Assembly (NCBI RefSeq): GCF_000737315.1
Contig: NZ_JMCB01000021.1
Location: 1 to 64,000 of the forward strand
Length of the DNA stretch: 64,000 nucleotides
Direction: 5' to 3'
From: Hyalangium minutum
GTDB taxonomy: Bacteria > Myxococcota > Myxococcia > Myxococcales > Myxococcaceae
In this document: one piece after another, positions 57,175-64,000 of the stretch
Layout of the letters: every line of letters starts with the position of its first letter
How positions within the stretch are numbered: position 1 is the first letter of the stretch
The notes under the pieces: model-generated
Told to the model about the DNA's origin: nothing
Seen by the model: the letters and a program-made list of their open reading frames with translations, nothing else
Databases searched by the model: none
Translations under genes and position numbers: made by a program

Positions 57175-57675
57175 CTACTGGTAGTAGTAGTTCACCGGGG
57201 TGCCCCACTCGGGGCCAGTGCCGCGGTTCCAGTGGTGGGGGACCCACACCCACTGCTCCGCCACCTGGTAGTAACCCTCGACCCAGCGCTGATCGTAGTA
57301 GCCGCCGCGGCACTGCGTCGTTCCCCGGCGCGGCTTGTAGTGGCAATCCTGCGGCACCCACACCTGCTCGTAGCGGCCGGGCACCCACTGCTGCACCTGC
57401 CTCAGTTCATACCGGCCCTGCTGGTTCTGCGGAGACGTCGGCTGCGCGCCGTGGCGGCAGGCGCTGCTGTGCACGTGGCCATAGACGGGGCGGCCATACT
57501 GGCGGTCTTGGTCGTTCCAGCGGTCATCCCGGCGGTCATCCCGGCGATGGCCGCCGCGGAAGCCCTGGTCATCCCTGTGGTGCTGGGCTTGAAACTGGTT
57601 GTCGTCCGCCATCGCCGAGGTGCTGAGGAGCAGCGCGCCGAGAGCCAGGGAGAAGATGCCGGTCTTGAGGGCCAT
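57175..57675 (-). CDS. Secreted protein with WVP/WVEG repeats
   Basis: Signal peptide ending AMA; QWVPGRYEQVWVP, RWVEGYY and QWVWVP. Confidence 0.82.
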   Translation of the reverse strand: MALKTGIFSLALGALLLSTSAMADDNQFQAQHHRDDQGFRGGHRRDDRRDDRWNDQDRQYGRPVYGHVHSSACRHGAQPTSPQNQQGRYELRQVQQWVPGRYEQVWVPQDCHYKPRRGTTQCRGGYYDQRWVEGYYQVAEQWVWVPHHWNRGTGPEWGTPVNYYYQ

Positions 57676-57861
57676 TTTCGATTTCCTCCGTCGTATCGCC
57701 TTGTGCCCCTTCTGACGGAGGCCCCCCCGAAGTATTCAACCCCACCCAACCGGCCGGGCCCCAGACGCACGAACGCCGCGGGCGGGGGCTCCCACCCACG
57801 GCGTCTTGCTGGCGGAGAAGACACCCGGGCCCCACAGGGCCGGGCTCACCCGCATGCCCAC

Positions 57862-58266
57862 TCAGAAGTTGGAGTACGCCGAGCCGTTGTAGATGGACAG
57901 GCTGTAGCAGGCGCCGTTGGCGTCCCAGTTGATGTAGAAACGCCCCTGGTTCGCGAGCGCCGAGCTCCACAAGGCCGACACCGCCGCGTCCGGAGTGCAG
58001 CTATAGGTGCTGGGGGCAGTCGCGCCGGACACTGTGTAGCGCGCGTAGAAGCCGCGGCCGCCGGAGTCGTTCTCCCAGAAGTACGTGTAGGCCGTGCTCT
58101 GGGCATGCGCGCGCCAGCCGCGGAGGTTGCCGTAGCAGTAGCCCGAGCCGTCCGTGTACTGGTAGCAGTACCCGCTGTTGTAGCTGTAGCCAGCGCTCGC
58201 CACCGAAGCAACACCGAGAGCAGCCAGGGACACCACGGGGGCCAGCTTCTTCATGAACCGGTTCAT
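57862..58266 (-). CDS. Secreted 4-Cys beta-rich protein (paralog A)
   Basis: 25-aa signal ending ASA plus a 109-aa mature chain; AGGAG RBS 7 nt upstream. Confidence 0.88.
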   Translation of the reverse strand: MNRFMKKLAPVVSLAALGVASVASAGYSYNSGYCYQYTDGSGYCYGNLRGWRAHAQSTAYTYFWENDSGGRGFYARYTVSGATAPSTYSCTPDAAVSALWSSALANQGRFYINWDANGACYSLSIYNGSAYSNF

Positions 58267-58426
58267 TGCCATTCTCCTGCGGGTGAGCGGGCTTGCCGCC
58301 TCACCCCATTCATCGAGGGGTTGATGGAACTGCTGTGTCACCTGAACCACCAGGAGCGCGACGTCCGTCTCCCGGCGTGAAACCTTCGGGCGGGATTACC
58401 TCCGCCCGTCCGGCGCCTCCGAGTCA

Positions 58427-59008
58427 CTACGGCAGACCCTCGGGGCTCTCGGGGGGAACCAGCTGGTTCTTGTTGATGGCAACCATGATGCGCCGCCGCA
58501 CCTCGTCCGCCTCCGCGCGAGACCGCAGCTGAGCCAGCTCTCGCCGGATCTCCTGCGAGTCCTCCATCGTCAGCTTCCCCGTGGCCAGCACCCGGTCCAC
58601 CAAGCTGTTGGCTCGCGCCAGGGCCTGCTGCTGCTCCGGCTTGAGGGGTGGCGGTGCCGGGGGCGCCTGAGGCTCACGCTGGGAGGAATCGGAGGACTCG
58701 AAGGCTCCGGACTGCTGGAGCTGCGTCACCATCCGCGCGGCGATGGCGTCGAGATCCGCCGGAGCCAGCCGGGCCTCTCCGGACTGGATGGCCGGAGGAA
58801 GGCCTGCCGCCACCCCGCCCTGAACCGGCATGGGGGCCGGGGGCCGGGCCATGACGGCCTTGCGCAGCGAGGACAGCTCCTCGGCCACCTGCTCCAGACG
58901 CTGCTTCTGGGCCTCCTGACCATGGCTCACGGCGAGGTAGCTCCCCACGCCGCTGCCCACGGCCAGCGCCAGCCCCAGCATCCATCCACGAAGAGAAGAG
59001 GCGGACAT
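58427..59008 (-). CDS. Membrane-anchored hypothetical protein (TM, coil, Pro-rich linker, helical domain)
   Basis: One N-terminal hydrophobic helix; starts 10 nt after the paralog A' stop. Confidence 0.82.
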   Translation of the reverse strand: MSASSLRGWMLGLALAVGSGVGSYLAVSHGQEAQKQRLEQVAEELSSLRKAVMARPPAPMPVQGGVAAGLPPAIQSGEARLAPADLDAIAARMVTQLQQSGAFESSDSSQREPQAPPAPPPLKPEQQQALARANSLVDRVLATGKLTMEDSQEIRRELAQLRSRAEADEVRRRIMVAINKNQLVPPESPEGLP

Positions 59009-59018
59009 GGCGCTCGGC

Positions 59019-59423
59019 TCAGAAGTTGGAGTACTGGGAGCCGTTGTTCAGGTACAGATAGGTGCAGGTGCCGGTCGCGTCCCACTGGATGTTGAAGTAG
59101 CCCGAGAGTGTGAGCGCCTTGCTCCAGAGCGCCCCGGTGGCGGCGTCCGGCGTGCAGCTCCCCGTGGTGGTCACGCCCGTCGAGGTATTGGTGTACGCGC
59201 CGTAGAAGCTCTTGCTACCGCTGTCGTGCCGGTAGAAGTACGCCTGGGTGCTGCTGCCCGCGTGGTTCTGGAATCCAAGGAAAGAGCCGTAGCAGCCACC
59301 CGAACCATCCGTGTTCTTGTAGCAGTACGCCGACTCCGAGGTGTAACCGGCATATGCCAGCGAAGCCCCACCCAGAACGGCAACGGACAGCACCGGGACC
59401 ATCTTCTTCGCGAAACGGGTCAT
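59019..59423 (-). CDS. Secreted 4-Cys beta-rich protein (paralog A')
   Basis: 25-aa signal ending AYA plus a 109-aa mature chain; 57/109 identical to paralog A. Confidence 0.9.
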   Translation of the reverse strand: MTRFAKKMVPVLSVAVLGGASLAYAGYTSESAYCYKNTDGSGGCYGSFLGFQNHAGSSTQAYFYRHDSGSKSFYGAYTNTSTGVTTTGSCTPDAATGALWSKALTLSGYFNIQWDATGTCTYLYLNNGSQYSNF

Positions 59424-59635
59424 TACACGTTCTCCTGGCTTAAGCGGACCAATCGGTTTTTCCTCCGAAGCCCGATGAACAGGATAAGTACAGAAATCGC
59501 TCTATCCTTGAAATTAGGGAGAACCCTCAAAACAAGTTTTGCCCGCATTCCGCCCAAGCCCTGGCAGGTACCAATGCCACTGAGTTGCAAGAGGAGAGAG
59601 CCTGTCGGGAATCCGCTACGGGAAAACCCTAGAAC

Positions 59636-60760
59636 TCAGCGAGGCACCACTTCGTTGCAGGTGAGACCCTCGTCCGGAGCGCAGTTCTGCCCGATGAGGC
59701 AGCCGCCCACCCCGCGAAGATCCACGCAGCGCACGGGCCGGCAGTCTCCATCCGTCACGCACGGCTTGCGGCTCAGCGTGCACGAGCCCTGGCTGCAGGT
59801 GCCCTGCGCGCAGTCCGTGTCCAGCAGGCACGAGCAGTAGCCCAGCACATCGCCCTCGGCCACGTCACAGCGGCCCGCGCATGCGCCCACCTGCTCTCCC
59901 AAGCCCTTCACACACCCTCCACCGTGAGGGCAGTCCCCGTCCTCGTGGCAGGGCAGTGATGGATCCGGCGAGCACTCGGCGTCGGTGCGGCAGCGCGAGC
60001 GGCTGTAAGCCACCACCACGTCCGCGCATTGATAGCCATTGGGACAAACCTGCCCCCCGGAGCAATCCACGCCGCAGAAGGAGCCCCCTCCAGGCGCTGT
60101 CTCCACGAGGCAATAGTTGGCGCCCCGCCCGCACACCTGGATGCCACCGCCATAGTTGCAGCTGGCGCAGTAGGGACGGCGAAGCGGATCCGCGTCGCTG
60201 TAGCAACGCGCTCGGGACTCACCAGCCGGAGTGCCGCAGCGCTCGCCGAAGGCACAGTCGCGCTCGGACGCGCAGAAGGCTGCGTCACAGACACCTACCG
60301 CACAGGCGGCGCGCCCCGCTTCATCCACCGCATCACAGACACAAGCGGCGTCTCCACAGCGGCACGCCGTGCCTGGACAGTCGCCCGCGCTCCTGCAGCC
60401 CTCCTCGCACGCCGCACGCGAGGCGTCACAGACTTCGCCGGCCTCGCAGTGCAGATCCGTAGTGCAGCGCCCTCGCGCGAGACAGGTGCCGGTCGAGGTG
60501 TCACAGAAGAAGGCTGGGTCCGTGCAGTCCGCGTTCTTCTCGCAGCCCGCGCGCGGCTGGCAGAAGCCCGCAGGGTTGCACAGCTCGCCTGGGGCACACG
60601 CCGCGTCCGTGCGGCAGAGACACGCTCTGGAATCCGCATCGCAGCGATAGGCCTCCGCTGGCGCCCCACAATCCGAGGGCTCTCGGCAGGCCGCGCCGCC
60701 CTGGGTATCAGAGCAGGCAGCGAGCAGCAGCAGCAGGGCGAGAGGGCCGAAGCGGTTCAC
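59636..60760 (-). CDS. Very Cys-rich lipoprotein (55 Cys in 374 aa)
   Basis: GTG start overlaps the upstream stop; LLAAC lipobox; CxxDxDC-type repeats. Confidence 0.88.
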   Translation of the reverse strand: MNRFGPLALLLLLAACSDTQGGAACREPSDCGAPAEAYRCDADSRACLCRTDAACAPGELCNPAGFCQPRAGCEKNADCTDPAFFCDTSTGTCLARGRCTTDLHCEAGEVCDASRAACEEGCRSAGDCPGTACRCGDAACVCDAVDEAGRAACAVGVCDAAFCASERDCAFGERCGTPAGESRARCYSDADPLRRPYCASCNYGGGIQVCGRGANYCLVETAPGGGSFCGVDCSGGQVCPNGYQCADVVVAYSRSRCRTDAECSPDPSLPCHEDGDCPHGGGCVKGLGEQVGACAGRCDVAEGDVLGYCSCLLDTDCAQGTCSQGSCTLSRKPCVTDGDCRPVRCVDLRGVGGCLIGQNCAPDEGLTCNEVVPR

Positions 60761-63700
60761 GGGCGGATCTGTTCCTGGCGGGCCAGCGCATACGCGGTCC
60801 ACGAGATGGGGGACAGCGTGTCATAGGTCCAGCGGTCATATTGGAAGCGCGGCACGCGGCTGGTGGTCAGCTCCGCACGGAGCACGGCTCCCTGCGGGAG
60901 CGTGGCGCGCAGCACTTCCAAGGCCGGGGCAGGCATCGTCACCTGGGCCATCCCGCCTGGCATGATCACCGTCCATCGTGGGCCTCCGGTGGTTCCCAGC
61001 TCCGCGAGGACGAGCTGCTGTACATCCGGCGTCGCGCTGCCCTCCGCACGCCATGCCAGCTGACCTTCGAAGCGACCGCCCTGAGCGGGTGTGGTGAAGG
61101 TGGGAAGTGGCAACACGGGTCCCAACGTCACCCCTTGGGACAGAGCACCTGACTGCCGGTGGTAGAGCAGGCTCTGCGGGTATGCGGTGGTGCCTCGAAG
61201 CAAGTCGAGGAAGAGAAAGCTCGACCCATCGAGCCGAGGGAAGAACGGGAACGTGAGCTGCGGCCCGGAGCCTGTCACAGCCGAGGAGAGCCGCGTCCCC
61301 GTGCCCCAATTGGACGGGTGCGGGACGAACCCTTCCGAGCCCAGCTCCAGCCATGCGTAGACCTCATGCAGCGCGGGAACTCCGCCCACGCGCACAGGGC
61401 CCTCGGCGGTGAGTGGCGCGGTGACATCCAGGTGCATGTCGAGCACCACGTCCCTGCCTTCCGCCACCCGGGTGCTGGAGGCAGCAATGCCTCGGTGGAT
61501 GCCCAGCAGATATGGCTCGAACTCCGTGTCCCTCACCACTCCCAGCACCGCGTAGACGGCTCGCAGCCCTGGCTGGGCGTGGACTCGGAAGGCGCCGCCA
61601 TCCACGCGCAGCTTCCACGTGTCCTGGGTCCGGTCTCCCACGCCTCCGAAGGGTGGGCCTCCTGCGGGGCTCGACTGGGCAACGAAGACGCGCGCTTCCA
61701 GTTCCTCGTCGGACCCGAGTGGCCGGGGAGGCTTGAACCCACGCACCCGTCCTGTGATGACCGCCGAGGGAGGAAGCGGCGGATCGCCGGGGTTGGCTTC
61801 GCTCCCGATGCGGCGGAGGAAGACCGTCAGGTTCTCCGCTCGAATGTCAGTGACGGTGACGGCGTCGTAGCCCTCCTTATAGGCCGTCACCATCTGCGCT
61901 CCAGCGAGCCGCGTGTCCGAGAACGTCAGCTGTCCCCGCGCGTCCGTGCTTCCTTGAAAGGGTGTCGCCGAATCCGTGCCGAGCATCACCTTCGCCCCAG
62001 ACACCGGTGCACCATAGGAGCCAAACGAGGAGTTCAGCACCGTGACGTTGAGCGTCCCGGTGAATGGCGCACCCGACAGTCCACCAGGGCCACGCGGGTC
62101 GAAGAAGGTGAAGCCCTGGGGCAGTGCGGCCCGAGAGCTTCCTCGCATCACGGCGACTTCCACGGAACCCAGGCTCGCAGGCGGCGTGCGGCAGGTGAGT
62201 GTGTGGGCATCCACCCGCTGCACGTCTCGCGCGGGCTCGCCTCCAAAGGTGACCGTGGTGCCCTCCTCCAGGCCGTCGCCTCGGAGTGTGACGAGGGTGC
62301 CCCCCGCGATGGCTCCTTGCGCAGGCTCGACCTGGCCGAGCAGGAGCGGAGCCTCGTAACGGAAGACCTCGGGCAGCACGGCCTCGTTCTCTGGGTCACT
62401 CGCGGCTTGGACATGGAGGTCATTTGCAGGACCACTTGCCCCTGGAGGGGTAGTGAAGTGGAGCCGAGACTCACCCTCGACAGAGGTGGACAGAGCCGCC
62501 TGCGCGCTGACCGATACCCTGGCATCAGAGGGAAGTTGAGCCCCTTCGAGGAGCACGTCTGTCCCGCCTGCGAGCGGTCCGATCGAGGGGACCACAGAGG
62601 TCAAGGCGAGCTTGAAGGTGTACCCATCTTGGAGGCTCGCGCTCGCTGTGCCCTGGGCTGCGGTCACCGTCACGATGCGCGGCAGAGTTCCTCGTACGGG
62701 GACAGTGACCCCAACGGTGGTGAAGTTCACGGCACCGGGGACCCCGGCTACGGGCTGGCCACCGAAGCTCACAGACAGTCCTGGTGCATCCAGCCCCTGC
62801 CCCGTCAACGTCACCGTGCCATCCGGCCGCGCGCCTACGTGCGGAAAGACTCCATAGAGCGCGAAGGGCCCAGCGGCATCGACATAGGTGAAGCCACTGC
62901 GAGCTGACCAAGAATCTCTCGGTGTGACGATGCGCACCTCTACTGCACCTAACGTCGTGCCAGGAGGCGTGGTGGCTGTGATGCGCGTCGGACTCTCCAC
63001 GGTAAAGGCGGCGGCGGGAACACCTCCGAAGAGCACGTCCGTGGCCCCGCCGAATCCCTGACCCGAGAGCACCACCGAGGTCCCTCCTGCGAGAGGTCCC
63101 GTCAGTGGAGCCACATCCGTGATGCGCAGATCCTCGCTGTAGCGATAGGCCCGGCGCAGGGCGCCTCCTTCACCTCCTCCGAAGATGCGGACCTCCACGC
63201 TGTCCGCTGCGCGGCCCCTCGGGACCACGGCGCGCAGCTCCGTGGAAGAGAGGCGCGTCACCGTGGGACTCGTAAAGACACCGAAGAGCACCCGTGTCTC
63301 ATCCGTAAAGCCGGAGCCCATCAACGTGACGGTGTTGCCTCCCGCCAGTGGCCCGCTCTCGGGAGAGACCGTGCGCAAGGTGAGTGGCTCGAACCACGTG
63401 AAGCAGCCATCGCAGACCGCAAGCCCTCGGGGATTCTCCAAGGTGATGCCCGCGGACCCTGCTGGACCGGGAGGTGTGCGCAGCTCGAGCAAGGTGTCGT
63501 CGATGATCTGGAAGTCCCGCACCGGAACTCCACCGACCTTGAGCACCGTGCGCTTCGCGGCTTCCGTGGTGCTGCTCGCCACTCCGAGCAGGTACCCACT
63601 GCCCCTTACCGTGATCCACGTCCCTCCGCCGCTCTCTCCGCGCGCAGGCAGAGCTCCGAGGATTCGAGGCGGAGGCGGCACTCCCGCATCCGTTCCTCCA

Positions 63701-63852
63701 TCCGTGGGCCCCGCGTCCGGCCGACCTGCATCCGCAGGCCCAGGAGTCCCTGCGTCGTCGGAAACTCCGCCATCCACACTCGGCCGGCGCTCTCCACCGC
63801 AGGCGGCGAGCAGGCACAAGAGCACGACGCTCAGGCGTGCACGTCCGCTCAT
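60757..63852 (-). CDS. IPT/TIG-repeat surface lipoprotein (1031 aa)
   Basis: LLAAC lipobox; repeated PxxGPxAGGTxVxxxG...TPP motifs; then a beta-sandwich region. Confidence 0.9.
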   Translation of the reverse strand: MSGRARLSVVLLCLLAACGGERRPSVDGGVSDDAGTPGPADAGRPDAGPTDGGTDAGVPPPPRILGALPARGESGGGTWITVRGSGYLLGVASSTTEAAKRTVLKVGGVPVRDFQIIDDTLLELRTPPGPAGSAGITLENPRGLAVCDGCFTWFEPLTLRTVSPESGPLAGGNTVTLMGSGFTDETRVLFGVFTSPTVTRLSSTELRAVVPRGRAADSVEVRIFGGGEGGALRRAYRYSEDLRITDVAPLTGPLAGGTSVVLSGQGFGGATDVLFGGVPAAAFTVESPTRITATTPPGTTLGAVEVRIVTPRDSWSARSGFTYVDAAGPFALYGVFPHVGARPDGTVTLTGQGLDAPGLSVSFGGQPVAGVPGAVNFTTVGVTVPVRGTLPRIVTVTAAQGTASASLQDGYTFKLALTSVVPSIGPLAGGTDVLLEGAQLPSDARVSVSAQAALSTSVEGESRLHFTTPPGASGPANDLHVQAASDPENEAVLPEVFRYEAPLLLGQVEPAQGAIAGGTLVTLRGDGLEEGTTVTFGGEPARDVQRVDAHTLTCRTPPASLGSVEVAVMRGSSRAALPQGFTFFDPRGPGGLSGAPFTGTLNVTVLNSSFGSYGAPVSGAKVMLGTDSATPFQGSTDARGQLTFSDTRLAGAQMVTAYKEGYDAVTVTDIRAENLTVFLRRIGSEANPGDPPLPPSAVITGRVRGFKPPRPLGSDEELEARVFVAQSSPAGGPPFGGVGDRTQDTWKLRVDGGAFRVHAQPGLRAVYAVLGVVRDTEFEPYLLGIHRGIAASSTRVAEGRDVVLDMHLDVTAPLTAEGPVRVGGVPALHEVYAWLELGSEGFVPHPSNWGTGTRLSSAVTGSGPQLTFPFFPRLDGSSFLFLDLLRGTTAYPQSLLYHRQSGALSQGVTLGPVLPLPTFTTPAQGGRFEGQLAWRAEGSATPDVQQLVLAELGTTGGPRWTVIMPGGMAQVTMPAPALEVLRATLPQGAVLRAELTTSRVPRFQYDRWTYDTLSPISWTAYALARQEQIRP

Positions 63853-64000
63853 GGGAACTCCACCTGGAAGGTGTAGCCGTTCGTCGCGCGGGCATCGTCT
63901 CCCGAGACTCGGGCGGTGAGGGTCTTGCCTCCCACGGCCCCCGCCGGAAGTGCGACGACTGCACCCGATGGGTCCTCCGAGCAGCCCAGCTCCGTGGAGC
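63849..64000 (-). CDS. C-terminus of an upstream coupled gene (possibly PPC-like beta-sandwich)
   Basis: Open frame ...VSGDDARATNGYTFQVEFP* whose TGA overlaps the ATG at 63852. Confidence 0.65.
   Translation of the reverse strand, partial: STELGCSEDPSGAVVALPAGAVGGKTLTARVSGDDARATNGYTFQVEFP

Overview
GC-rich myxobacterial chromosome segment (Cystobacterineae-like; it carries aglRQS and DUF2378). I found no rRNA, tRNA, CRISPR array or IS element. About 1-10 kb looks accessory. It holds a CARDB-repeat lipoprotein, a short class II UvrA, an EstT/EstX-like esterase with an MphR(A)-like repressor, an orphan gene and a HYR-type surface lipoprotein. The esterase promoter and operator copy the mph(A) architecture (TTG-x3 / 17-bp operator spacer / TA-x4), which is the strongest finding: a likely macrolide-inducible esterase module. 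Next come an ankyrin gene, a ThDP enzyme-ALDH-LysR unit, a purine catabolic cluster (allB, alc, uraD, uraH, a CitE-like enzyme and a two-heme PuuD), signalling and transport genes, nadE, the gliding motor aglRQS with a divergent MshEN protein, a kinase pair in which one partner lacks its catalytic domain, and a pterin cluster with a FolB-cupin fusion. The right end has an A-B-A' cassette of secreted disulfide paralogs and a Cys-rich/IPT-TIG lipoprotein operon with weak codon bias. Family calls come from motifs and remembered sequences, not database searches.
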